Shown piece after piece: positions 41,592-51,114 of a DNA stretch of 64,000 bases. Under the pieces are notes generated by a model, which was not told where the DNA came from, did not search any database, and saw only the letters and a program-made list of their open reading frames with translations. Made by a program: the position numbers and the translations under genes. The DNA is from Victivallales bacterium (GTDB lineage: Bacteria > Verrucomicrobiota > Lentisphaeria > Victivallales > GWF2-50-93): the NCBI GenBank assembly GCA_049297395.1, contig JBAQUG010000221.1:3301-67300 (forward strand), written 5' to 3'. Each line of letters opens with the position of its first letter. Positions within the stretch are counted from its first letter, which is position 1.

Positions 41592-42572
41592 ATGAAGATG
41601 AGAGCCTTTTTACCGTCAGTCGTATTGTTTCTGCTCGCATCTGGAACTTATGCCGCGCCCGGGAGTGACAATCTGATCCCCAATCCTTCATTCGAGGATC
41701 CGGGGCAAGGCAATGTTTCTGGCTGGGTCTTTGTTACGATGGTCGCAAAAGATCAAAAGTCATCCAGAGGGGTATATTTGAATGACGAAGCCACCGGCCA
41801 AAAGCAGGCGCATACGGGGAAATGCTGTGTGATGATCGAGGGCGGCACGGGCGCATGGCTCAGCCCTTCTTCCATCGAAGGCAAGGGGAATACGGCCTAC
41901 AAACTGACAGCATGGGCGAAAGGGGAAGGAAGCGCGTCTGTCACGGTGCAAACATTCGATGCTGCCGGCAAAGTCAAAGTAGGTCCTGTAGGCATGCAGT
42001 TTCGCCTGTCGTCCGAATGGCAGCAAGTCGAAATGGGGTTCGTCTCGGAACCGGATGCGGCCAAATTCAGGATTGACCTCAATTCCAGCAGTCCAGGAAA
42101 GGTGTGCTTTGATGACGTCAGCCTGCTGGAGGATGCCGAAGGCAAATCATTGCCCAAGGTAAATGTCTGGAACTTCCAATTTGAGGGAGAGAAGTCGATG
42201 GAAGGTTGGGCCAGGACCCAGGGGGCGACTGTGACGCCATCGGGAGATCATCTCCAGATTCAGGGGGCGGACTGGGATTCTAAAATTTATCGCTTCATCA
42301 ATCTCCGTGCCGGCAAGTACCGCTTGTCGGGAAGCGGTGCGGGTGAATTGATGGTTTATGCCGCCAAAGACTGGTCCGGGAAACGGATGACGATGGTCAA
42401 TCTTTCCGGCAAAGATTTCCGTCCGGACGAGCAGACCTTTGATTTCCCTGGAGGGCAGCTCCTGCTTGTGGTACAGGCTTGGGGAGAAAAAGCTCTTGTC
42501 AAAGTCCAATGGGTTGAGATTGCGCTGGAAACGCTCGCAGCAGCACCGTCGCCTGCAAGTGAAAAACGTTAA
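41592..42572 (+). CDS. Secreted CBM4/9-like two-domain protein, module A
   Basis: Signal peptide MKMRAFLPSVVLFLLASGTYA. NLIPNPSFEDPGQGNVSGW is the usual opening of CBM4/9-type beta-sandwich modules. Roughly four-fifths identical by eye to 47211-48191. Confidence 0.65.
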   Translation: MKMRAFLPSVVLFLLASGTYAAPGSDNLIPNPSFEDPGQGNVSGWVFVTMVAKDQKSSRGVYLNDEATGQKQAHTGKCCVMIEGGTGAWLSPSSIEGKGNTAYKLTAWAKGEGSASVTVQTFDAAGKVKVGPVGMQFRLSSEWQQVEMGFVSEPDAAKFRIDLNSSSPGKVCFDDVSLLEDAEGKSLPKVNVWNFQFEGEKSMEGWARTQGATVTPSGDHLQIQGADWDSKIYRFINLRAGKYRLSGSGAGELMVYAAKDWSGKRMTMVNLSGKDFRPDEQTFDFPGGQLLLVVQAWGEKALVKVQWVEIALETLAAAPSPASEKR

Positions 42573-42597
42573 AACAATTGAAATAGGAGGATATGAT

Positions 42598-45500
42598 ATG
42601 CCTGTTCGACTTTTAAAAATGTTGACTCTCGTGACTGCGCTTTCATGCATCATCGTTGTCGGATGTGCGCAGGATCAAAAGGCCATCGACAAGAAAAATG
42701 CGTCAGAAGTTGGATCTGCCGGGTTGAACGGAGCCGTCCCCGTCGCTGTGGATCGGACAACGACCGTCAAGTCAATCGCCGAGGTAACTCAGCGGTACGA
42801 GGCACTGAAGAAACTGGAAGGGACAACTCCAGCACCCGCCGGAAAGGCTTTGGAACGAGGAGCGGCTCTTATGAAATCGAACGCAGTGATACCGATCCTG
42901 TATCCTGTTAAAATAGAGATTGACGGCGACACCAGGGACTGGGAAAGCATACCATTTACCGGAACGCTCTCGGTCAATTGCGAGAGCTTCCCGCCGCCGA
43001 CCAGCGCCGCTGACGCCCGTGTCACATTCAAAATTGCCGCCACCGACAAGATGCTGGCGCTGCTCATTCTGGTCCATGACGACAAGCTGGTATTCGGAGC
43101 TTCGTCCGCTGTTTATCAGAATGACGCGATCGAGGTTTTCCTCGACCCGCTGTTTAGCCGGTCCGACAGGCATGATGACACGTCCATGCAGCTTTTCATC
43201 ACGTACAAGGATCAGACTATGAAGGATATTGTCGCCAGCGGACGCATACCGCTCATCGCCAAACCGGTTGCCGTGGAAGGCGGATGGGGGGTTGAGGTTG
43301 GCATTCCTCTGGATAATAGAATCTTCCAACTCCACCCCTTCGACGGTCTGCCCATCGGGATCAATATTTCCTACAATGACAACGACACGGGTAAAGGCCG
43401 TGAAAAAAAGATCACATGGAGCGCACTTGACTCTGGCGATTTTTCGTGGATGCGCACCGACGTTTTCGGCGCGGGCGTTTTTGTGGGCGACATTGCGATG
43501 CCCGTAGTGCCGCCGACACCTTCTGAAGCGGTGATGAAGGCCAAGCGCCTGCGCGCTCCAGTTGAATCGTTCACCGATGTCGCGGTGCTGGAGCGGGAAC
43601 GTCCCAATCCGTCCGTCGTACGCGGTTTCCAGTCCGGGGGATGTTCGCCGGAGCTTTTTTCCGAGATGAAGAAATGGGGGGCGAATGTCGTGCGAGTCCA
43701 GATGCAGGGTCTGAAAAGCTACAGTTCGCTCAAAGACAAGTCTGAACTCATGAAAGAGGAAAACATGAAGGCGTATCTCGACGAACTGGAGGGGATCGTC
43801 AAGGATGCGCGGACGGCCGGCATGAAGCTTCTGCTCGCCAACCACGGGGTGGTGCGTCCACCCAACATCACCGGGAACATTGCCGACTCAGCCAACAACA
43901 TCAATCAGAAGATGTACGAATTCTGGGATCATCCGGAGCTCGAAAAAATGTTCTGTTTCTTCTGGAAGAGCGTCGCCGAGCGGCTTTTGCCTTATCGGGA
44001 CACGGTCTGGGCGTATGATCTCATGAACGAGCCCTACGACCCAAACCAAATGCCATATGGCCCGAAACAGTGGCCGCCCCTGGCAGTGAAGGGGATCAAG
44101 GCAATCAGGAGCGTTGACAAGGACGTGTGGATTGACTACGAGGTAGGCCCCGGGGGGATGCCGTCGGGGTTCAGGGATCTGATGCCCCTCCCGGATCCGC
44201 ACATCATCTATGACTTTCATATGTACATGCCGCACGCATTCACCCATCAGGGACTTCAGGGTTACGGGGATGAAGGCTATGGAAGCGAGGAAAAGAAGGT
44301 TCGCTATCCGGGCATGATCGGTGGTATTCCGTTCGACAAGGATTATCTCAGGAAATGCATGCAGCCGGCGATTGATTTTCAGAAAAAATGGAGGGCACCG
44401 ATCAATATCGGCGAATTCAGCGCCATCGCCTGGGCGCCTCCGGAAAGCACATCGGCCTACCTTGCCGATATAATTTCCATCTTTGAAGAGAACGGTTGGT
44501 CATGGGAGTATCACGCATACGCTGAATTCCAAGGCTGGAGCCTGCTCCATGAAGATGGTTTTTACTGGAGACATTGGAAAAACGAGCAGCCCAGACCGGC
44601 GAAGAAGGAAACGCTGAGGGGGAAGGTGATCCGGGAGGCGCTAAAGAAGAATTCGGCCGGGGCGGCGGACATGCCGGATCCCGGCAAATCCATCCCTTCC
44701 GAAGCGAAAGCAGGTACTGCTGGATGGAGCAGCGCCGATGAGGACGTGTGGGAAAAACGGATCATGGCGGCTGGCGGCGTGATGCCGTCGTCACAGGAGA
44801 AGATATCCAATGAGAAGATGCGCATAAGCTCCGAGGCGCCGAATGCGTGGGGCGCGAAGACAAGATTGAAGGGGATGAAACGCCTGGCTCCTGGTTCACT
44901 CGAACCCGACAGCGTGGAAATACGGTTCGGCGGACGTAATTTCGCCATCGGCACCGATGTGCTGCTCGACCTGGTATGGGGCGGACTCGGACTCGCTCCT
45001 GGCGGAGTTCTCAATCCACAGGATGAGGTTGAAGTCTCCTACCGGCTCAGTTCCCGCCGGGTCGATGCGCTGGTGCGCGACCGCGAAGGAAGGGAGCGCG
45101 TGCGCCCCGGAACACCGCATCTCATCAATCCTCCATTGCCCTCAATATGTGATGGAGACACCCTTCTCGCCCGCGTATTCGTAGACTATCACAGCGACGG
45201 CAGCGTCTTCGATGTGCTGCCGCTCATGGCCGACGCCTCCAAGGCGCCGACGTCCACCACCGGACCGGAGAAGATCCCGGCGACCGTGAAAAAGATGACG
45301 GATGGAAAGGCCGTGAAGATCATCTGCTGGGGCGACAGCGTCACCGAGGGCGGAGATGTGGGGCCGGGCGAGCGTTACGGCGACCAGCTCGCGGCACGGC
45401 TCAAGGCGAAATACCCGGCGGCGACCGTACAGGTCATGGCGGTGGGGGGAAGCCAGTCGCTGCAGTGGCTCCCCGACCCGTCGCCTGCGCAACCGCATCA

Positions 45501-45921
45501 CCGCAGGGATGAGACGCGCTTCCAGCGCATTCTTGATGCGAAACCCGACCTGGTGGTGGTGGAGTTCGTCAACGACCAGTGGCTGTCGAAAGCCGCCGCG
45601 CTCCTGCATTACCGCACAAAAATCATCGCCCCGCTGCGCGCCATCGGGACGGAAGTGCTTCTGCTGACTCCGCAGCGCAACTGGGAGCGCAAGGGTTCGT
45701 TCCGCGATCCGGATACCCGAGAGTACGTCGCAGCATTGCGCGAAATTGGGCGCAACGACGAAGGCGTTGGTGTTGCGGACATGGCAGGCCGATGGGAGCA
45801 CCTATGGTGCGAGGGCATCCCGTTTCCGGTCTATCTTGCCAACGGGTTCAACCATCCGGATGTGCGCGGGCATCTCCTGTTCACCGAGGAAATCTGCCGG
45901 GCGCTGGGAATGGACAAATGA
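42598..45921 (+). CDS. Lipoprotein: CBM9-like domain + GH5 glycoside hydrolase + linker domain + SGNH/GDSL esterase
   Basis: AGGAGG RBS. Lipobox in MPVRLLKMLTLVTALSCIIVVGC. CBM9-like DGDTRDWESIPF...NDAIEVFLDP. GH5 motifs WAYDLMNEP (acid/base), FHMYMPHAFTHQG, and INIGEFS (nucleophile). C-terminal IICWGDSVTEGG ... NHPDVRGH is an SGNH-type Ser block plus a DxxH block. The start is set at ATG 42598; the longer track ORF overlaps the upstream gene. Confidence 0.8.
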   Translation: MPVRLLKMLTLVTALSCIIVVGCAQDQKAIDKKNASEVGSAGLNGAVPVAVDRTTTVKSIAEVTQRYEALKKLEGTTPAPAGKALERGAALMKSNAVIPILYPVKIEIDGDTRDWESIPFTGTLSVNCESFPPPTSAADARVTFKIAATDKMLALLILVHDDKLVFGASSAVYQNDAIEVFLDPLFSRSDRHDDTSMQLFITYKDQTMKDIVASGRIPLIAKPVAVEGGWGVEVGIPLDNRIFQLHPFDGLPIGINISYNDNDTGKGREKKITWSALDSGDFSWMRTDVFGAGVFVGDIAMPVVPPTPSEAVMKAKRLRAPVESFTDVAVLERERPNPSVVRGFQSGGCSPELFSEMKKWGANVVRVQMQGLKSYSSLKDKSELMKEENMKAYLDELEGIVKDARTAGMKLLLANHGVVRPPNITGNIADSANNINQKMYEFWDHPELEKMFCFFWKSVAERLLPYRDTVWAYDLMNEPYDPNQMPYGPKQWPPLAVKGIKAIRSVDKDVWIDYEVGPGGMPSGFRDLMPLPDPHIIYDFHMYMPHAFTHQGLQGYGDEGYGSEEKKVRYPGMIGGIPFDKDYLRKCMQPAIDFQKKWRAPINIGEFSAIAWAPPESTSAYLADIISIFEENGWSWEYHAYAEFQGWSLLHEDGFYWRHWKNEQPRPAKKETLRGKVIREALKKNSAGAADMPDPGKSIPSEAKAGTAGWSSADEDVWEKRIMAAGGVMPSSQEKISNEKMRISSEAPNAWGAKTRLKGMKRLAPGSLEPDSVEIRFGGRNFAIGTDVLLDLVWGGLGLAPGGVLNPQDEVEVSYRLSSRRVDALVRDREGRERVRPGTPHLINPPLPSICDGDTLLARVFVDYHSDGSVFDVLPLMADASKAPTSTTGPEKIPATVKKMTDGKAVKIICWGDSVTEGGDVGPGERYGDQLAARLKAKYPAATVQVMAVGGSQSLQWLPDPSPAQPHHRRDETRFQRILDAKPDLVVVEFVNDQWLSKAAALLHYRTKIIAPLRAIGTEVLLLTPQRNWERKGSFRDPDTREYVAALREIGRNDEGVGVADMAGRWEHLWCEGIPFPVYLANGFNHPDVRGHLLFTEEICRALGMDK

Positions 45922-46193
45922 CAAATCGTAAAAGATCCAATTCGAAGACGTTGACTACAGGTGGGCAGGCGAAGCATACCAGGATTTTTGATATTTATAA
46001 ACTTTTTAACGTGAAACTAAGGGACTCCAGCCGTGAATCAGAACTCCATTGCAGCAGTTGTTAATTTCAACAATACCATCAAGAATTTGGATCACGCCTG
46101 GGAAAAGGTGATATTCAGGGAGTGGTAAATCTGCAACTCTCAATCAAGCCGGGAAGCGTAGTCTTCTATAAGATAAAAAAAGGGACTTGCAAG

Positions 46194-46235
46194 CAGAGTC
46201 ATCCCACAGGATGACGGATGAGTGGATTCTTGGAT
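46194..46235. repeat. Inverted copy of the 42-nt repeat at 12049-12090
   Basis: CAGAGTCATCCCACAGGATGACGGATGAGTGGATTCTTGGAT. 39 of 42 positions match the reverse complement of 12049-12090. Confidence 0.65.
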
Positions 46236-46273
46236 CTTTGGCTGCAATGTCCAGGATTTTGGCTGTTTTGTGC

Positions 46274-46302
46274 TTTCATACAACATTTATCCGAGGTATA
46301 AT
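46274..46302 (+). promoter_or_regulatory. Candidate promoter of prepilin-like module B (TTTCAT-N17-TATAAT)
   Basis: -10 TATAAT at 46297-46302 and -35 TTTCAT at 46274-46279. Positionally conserved with 40379-40407. Confidence 0.3.
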
Positions 46303-46328
46303 TGCAGTAACAGAGGAGGGAGGTCAGC

Positions 46329-47153
46329 ATGAAAAATGAAGGATGCCCGATTGATATTTCCTTTCCCCCGGAAAGTAAATATAAGTCCATACCGCGCCGT
46401 TTGACAGGTAACATGCCGTTTACATTGATTGAATTGCTCATCGTGATTGCGATCATCGCAATCCTCGCGGCCATGCTCCTTCCGGCCCTGAAGAACGCGA
46501 AGGATACGGCGAAATCCATCGTCTGCATCGGCAATCTTGGCAGTCAGGGCAAGGCTTTTGCCTTCTACAGTTCCGACCATAACGACTGGAATGTCCCGCC
46601 GGAAGGTACCAATGCTGCGGGAGCCGGCACCGGGGGCCAGGGTTGGATAAGTCAGACATTGCCTTATCTCATGGCGTCTCCTTATTCTGTTTTAAAGCAG
46701 CAAAACTCCGTTTTCGCCGATCCTGCGGTCGACAAAGGGAAATTGTATTCAGGTGGTTCATCGGTCGACAATCAGTACTGGATTCACTATGGAATATGTG
46801 TCACCCCGCAGATTGTGCTATGCATGAAAAGGGGACTGGATCCTTTCACCACTTACAATTACTGGCGGTTCCACTATAAAATGAACCAAATAGCCAAGCC
46901 GGATCAGGCGGCGGCGGTTGCCGATACCATCAACGGAGGCTCCGCTGCCATCTACGACTATGAAAATTCGGCATGGTGTTTCTGGGCATGGACGGCCGGA
47001 ACTAATATTACTTATCTTGACTGGTATCGGCATTCCGCCAAAAGCAACTGGCTGTATCTGGACGGCCATGTGGAATCCTATCGCAAAGGAGATTTCTGGA
47101 CGGACAGCACAGTAATGTATGGGGCCAGACTGGGCAAGGCCTTTGGGAAATGA
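46329..47153 (+). CDS. Prepilin-type N-terminal methylation-domain protein with H-X9-DG motif, module B
   Basis: GGAGGGAGG RBS. Leader [30 protein letters not shown], then [29 protein letters not shown]-terminal [15 protein letters not shown] (H-x9-DG). Confidence 0.85.
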   Translation: MKNEGCPIDISFPPESKYKSIPRRLTGNMPFTLIELLIVIAIIAILAAMLLPALKNAKDTAKSIVCIGNLGSQGKAFAFYSSDHNDWNVPPEGTNAAGAGTGGQGWISQTLPYLMASPYSVLKQQNSVFADPAVDKGKLYSGGSSVDNQYWIHYGICVTPQIVLCMKRGLDPFTTYNYWRFHYKMNQIAKPDQAAAVADTINGGSAAIYDYENSAWCFWAWTAGTNITYLDWYRHSAKSNWLYLDGHVESYRKGDFWTDSTVMYGARLGKAFGK

Positions 47154-47210
47154 AAGTTTGAAGAGATGTTTGCCGGCAATTGCCTAACAAAAAAAAGAAA
47201 GATCTGAAAA

Positions 47211-48191
47211 ATGAAAAAGAGAAACTTTTTACAGTCAGTCGTATTATTTTTACTTGCGTTCGGAGCTTATGCCGCGCCCGGGAGTGAAAATCTGATACCC
47301 AATCCTTCGTTCGAGGATCCGGGACAGGGCAATGTTTCGGGCTGGGTCTTTTCTCCGGTCACCGCAAAAGATCAAAAGCCATCAAAGGGGGTGTATTTGA
47401 ACGACGAAGTCACCGGCCAGAAGCAGGCGCATACGGGGAAATGCTGCGTGATGATCGAGGGAGGCTCGGGCGCATGGCTCAGCCCTTCTTCCATCGAAGC
47501 CAAGGGGAATACGGCCTACAAACTGACGGCATGGGCGAAAGGGGAAGGCAACGCTTCCATCACGGTGCAGACATTCGATGCCGCCGGCAAAGTGGGTTCT
47601 CCTGGCGGTCTTTCGATCCACCTGTCACCCGACTGGCAGCAGTTTGAAATTGGGTTCGTCTCGGAACCGGATGCGGCCAAATTCAGGATTGACCTCAACG
47701 GTTCGGGAAAGGTGTGCTTTGATGACATCAGCTTGCTGGAGGATGCTGAAGGCAAATCGTTGCCCAAGGTAAACACCTACCGTTTCTCATTCGAGGGAGA
47801 TAATGCGATGGAAGGATGGGCCAAGACCCAGGGGGCGACCGTGACGCCATCCGGGGATCATCTCCAGATTCAGGGGGCGGACTGGAACTCTGAGATTTAC
47901 CGCTCTCTCAATCTCCGCGCCGGCAAGTACCGCTTGTCGGGAAGCGGCGCAGGTACAGTACTTGTATTTGTCGCCAAAGATTTTGATTGGTTGAAGAAGG
48001 GGGGGATATTTACGCGTGTCAATCTCTCCGGCAAAGACTTCCGCTCGGACGAGCAGGCCTTTGATTTTCCTGGAGGGCAGCTTCTGCTTGTGGTAAAAGC
48101 GGAAGGAGCCAAAGCTCTTGCCAAAGTCCAATGGGTGGAAATTGCGCTGGAATCGCTCGCGCCGCCGCCGCCTGCAAGTGAAAAACGTTAA
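47211..48191 (+). CDS. Secreted CBM4/9-like two-domain protein, module B
   Basis: Signal peptide MKKRNFLQSVVLFLLAFGAYA and NLIPNPSFEDPGQGNVSGW. Paralogue of 41592-42572. Confidence 0.65.
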   Translation: MKKRNFLQSVVLFLLAFGAYAAPGSENLIPNPSFEDPGQGNVSGWVFSPVTAKDQKPSKGVYLNDEVTGQKQAHTGKCCVMIEGGSGAWLSPSSIEAKGNTAYKLTAWAKGEGNASITVQTFDAAGKVGSPGGLSIHLSPDWQQFEIGFVSEPDAAKFRIDLNGSGKVCFDDISLLEDAEGKSLPKVNTYRFSFEGDNAMEGWAKTQGATVTPSGDHLQIQGADWNSEIYRSLNLRAGKYRLSGSGAGTVLVFVAKDFDWLKKGGIFTRVNLSGKDFRSDEQAFDFPGGQLLLVVKAEGAKALAKVQWVEIALESLAPPPPASEKR

Positions 48192-48216
48192 AACAATTGA
48201 AATAGGAGGATATTAT

Positions 48217-51018
48217 ATGACTGTTCGACTTTTAAAAATGTTATCGCTCGTGACTGCGCTTGCATGCATCATCGTTGTCGGATGTGCGCAGGAGCAAAAG
48301 GCCATCGACAAGAAAAATGCGTCAGAACTTGGACCCGCCGGGTCGAACGGAGCCGTCTCCGTTGCTGTGGATCGGGCAACGGCCGTCAAGTCAATCTCCG
48401 ATGTAGCTCAGCGGTACGAGGAGCTGAAGAAATTGGAAGGGACAACTCCAGCGCCCGCCGGAACAGCTTCGGAACGAGGGGCGGCTCTTATGAAACCGAA
48501 CGCAGTGATACCGATCCTGTATCCTGTTAGAATAGAGATTGACGGCAACACAAATGACTGGAATGACGTGCCATTCACCGGAACGCTTGCAGTCAACTGC
48601 GAAAGTTTTTCGCCGCCGACCAATGCTGCTGATGCCGGTGTCACATTCAAAATGTCCGCCACTGACAGGATGCTGGCGCTGCTAATTCTGGCCCATGACG
48701 ACAAGCTGGTGTTCAGCAATTCCTCCGGTGTCTGCTGGAACGACACGATCGAGGTTTTCCTCGACCCTCTGTTCACCCGGGCCGACAGGCATGATGACAC
48801 ATCCATGCAGGTTTTCATCACGTACAAGGATCAAACGATGAAGGAGCTTGTGGTCAAGGGACGCCTTCCGCTCATTGCCAAGCCAGTGGCGGTGGAAGGC
48901 GGCTGGGGGGTAGAAGTCGGCATCCCCTTGGATAATACAATATTTCAAATTCACCCCTTTGACGGCCTGCCCATCGGGATCAACATCATCTACAGCGACA
49001 ATGATGCGGGCAAAGGGTGTGAGAAAAAGATCACGTGGAGTGCACTTGACACGGGTAATTTCTCATGGATGCGGGCCGACGTCTTCGGTGCGGGCGTTTT
49101 TGTGGGCGATGTTGCGATGCCCGTCGTGTCGCCGACACCCTCGGAAGCGGTGATGAAGACCAAGCGCATGCGCTCTCCAGTTGAATCATTCACCGATGTC
49201 GCCGTGCTGGCGCGCGAACGCCCCAATCCGCCCATAGTCCGCGGTTTCACTGCCAGCGGGGGCCGATTATCTGCAATGAAACAGGAATGGGGCGCGAATG
49301 TCGCACGATACCTAATGGTTACAAAAAGCTACCAATCGCTCAAAGACAAGTCCGATCTCGTGAAACCGGAAAACATGAAGGTGTATCTTGACGAACTTGA
49401 GGAGATCGTAAAGAACGCCCAGAAGTCCGGCGTAAAGCTTCTGCTCCTGAACGGCGGGGTGGTGCGTCCACCCAACATCACGGGAAACATCGCGGACTCA
49501 GCCAACAATATCAACCAGAAGATGTACGAATTCTGGGATCATCCGGAGCTTGAAAAAATGCTCTGTTTTTTCTGGAAGAGCGTCGCCGAGCGGCTTCTGC
49601 CCTACCGGGACACAATCTGGGCGTATGATCTCATGAACGAGCCCTACGATCCGAACCAGATGCCATTTGGACCAAAACAGTGGCCGCCCCTGGCTGTGAA
49701 GGCGATCAAGGCGATCAGGAGCGTTGATAAGGACACATGGATTGTCTATGAGCCTGGGCCCGGAGCCGATCCAAGCGGGTTCAGGGACTTGATGCCTCTT
49801 CCCGATTCGCACATCATCTACGAGTTTCACATGTATAGTCCGCACGCATTTACTCATCAAGGACTTCAAGGTTATGGGGACGAAGGTTACGGCCCCGAAG
49901 AAAAAAAGATTCACTATCCAGGCGTGATCGGTGGCATTCCATTCAATAAGGACTATCTCCAGAAGTGCATGCAGCCGGTGCTTGATTTCCAGAAAAAGTG
50001 GAAGGCTCCGATCAATGTCGGCGAATTCAGTGTCATCTCCTGGGCGCCTCCGGAAAGTGCGGCGGCCTATCTTACCGATGTCATTTCCATTTTTGAAGAG
50101 AACGGCTGGTCCTGGGATTATCACTCCTACGCGGATTTCCAAGGCTGGTGCCTGCCTTACGAAGATGGTTTTTACTGGAGACATTGGAAAGGCGAGCAAC
50201 CCAAACTGGCGAAAACGGAAACGCTGAGGGGGAAGGTGATCCGCGAGGCGCTAAAGAAGAACTCGACGGATTTCTATAAACCGGAATTCCCGGCTTACAG
50301 TGATCCCAATGCCGCTGTCAGTCCGGATTCCTTTAAAATCCTGATTGTGGGAAACAGCATCAGCAGGAGCGGCTTTAATGCCGATACCATCCGGGATCTG
50401 AAATGGGATCATACCGCCGGTATGGCGGCCACCAGCGAGGACAAGGACTACGTCCATATCCTGGCGCAAATGATCCAGAAAACACTTCCCGACAAAAAGC
50501 TGGCATTGTTTTTCACCGGCTTTACCTACAAGGGTACGCCGGATGAGCGGCTTGCGCAGCTCAAACGATTTGCGGAAAAGAAATACGACCTCGTCATCAT
50601 CCAGCATGGAGAGCACGAGAACCCGGCAATCGGTGGTGTGAAAGGCTGGAGGGCGACCCTTGGAAGACTTCTGGGGCTGTTCGGTCAGGATCCAGAAAAA
50701 CCATTCATCATTTGCGCCGGGGTATGGTCGGCAAACCATGGAGATGACGGCCTCATGCCTGGTGTGATGGACGGGTTCTGGAAAGAGATTCCGGATATAA
50801 TGGCGGAGCTCAGCAAGGAACACGGGGTTCCCTTCGTCCCGCTCATGGATCTTGCGGCGGATCCGGCCAATCGCGGATGGGAGCCGAAACCCGGCATCCC
50901 GTTGCCGCCGCCCCCTGTCCAGTGGCATCCGAACGACCGGGGACATCGACTGATTGCGGAGAAAATCTTCAAGGCGTTCACGGAGGAGGCCGCCAAACGC
51001 GGATTGAAAATGCAATGA
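48217..51018 (+). CDS. Lipoprotein: CBM9-like domain + GH5 glycoside hydrolase + a different SGNH-like C-terminal domain
   Basis: AGGAGG RBS. Lipobox in MTVRLLKMLSLVTALACIIVVGC. The CBM9-like and GH5 motifs match 42598-45921 (WAYDLMNEP, INVGEFS). The C-terminus ILIVGNSISRSG ... WHPNDRGH is SGNH-like, with GNS in place of GDS. Confidence 0.8.
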   Translation: MTVRLLKMLSLVTALACIIVVGCAQEQKAIDKKNASELGPAGSNGAVSVAVDRATAVKSISDVAQRYEELKKLEGTTPAPAGTASERGAALMKPNAVIPILYPVRIEIDGNTNDWNDVPFTGTLAVNCESFSPPTNAADAGVTFKMSATDRMLALLILAHDDKLVFSNSSGVCWNDTIEVFLDPLFTRADRHDDTSMQVFITYKDQTMKELVVKGRLPLIAKPVAVEGGWGVEVGIPLDNTIFQIHPFDGLPIGINIIYSDNDAGKGCEKKITWSALDTGNFSWMRADVFGAGVFVGDVAMPVVSPTPSEAVMKTKRMRSPVESFTDVAVLARERPNPPIVRGFTASGGRLSAMKQEWGANVARYLMVTKSYQSLKDKSDLVKPENMKVYLDELEEIVKNAQKSGVKLLLLNGGVVRPPNITGNIADSANNINQKMYEFWDHPELEKMLCFFWKSVAERLLPYRDTIWAYDLMNEPYDPNQMPFGPKQWPPLAVKAIKAIRSVDKDTWIVYEPGPGADPSGFRDLMPLPDSHIIYEFHMYSPHAFTHQGLQGYGDEGYGPEEKKIHYPGVIGGIPFNKDYLQKCMQPVLDFQKKWKAPINVGEFSVISWAPPESAAAYLTDVISIFEENGWSWDYHSYADFQGWCLPYEDGFYWRHWKGEQPKLAKTETLRGKVIREALKKNSTDFYKPEFPAYSDPNAAVSPDSFKILIVGNSISRSGFNADTIRDLKWDHTAGMAATSEDKDYVHILAQMIQKTLPDKKLALFFTGFTYKGTPDERLAQLKRFAEKKYDLVIIQHGEHENPAIGGVKGWRATLGRLLGLFGQDPEKPFIICAGVWSANHGDDGLMPGVMDGFWKEIPDIMAELSKEHGVPFVPLMDLAADPANRGWEPKPGIPLPPPPVQWHPNDRGHRLIAEKIFKAFTEEAAKRGLKMQ

Positions 51019-51114
51019 TTATGACTAAAATATAGTTGTATTTGCTATTTATACGACTAAATTACAGTTATTAAAACCAATTGCAGAGCTCAAAGCCGAT
51101 GAAAGATCAATGTC

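Noticed and set aside
42772-43845. A 357-aa minus-strand ORF. Similar long antisense or out-of-frame ORFs lie at 45142-45801, 49498-50199, 50251-51015, 59657-60529, 60928-61668, 21131-21862 and 26899-27576.
   Set aside because: All are nested opposite, or out of frame to, genes with strong motif support. They have shadow-ORF composition, and the paralogous copies do not conserve them as proteins.
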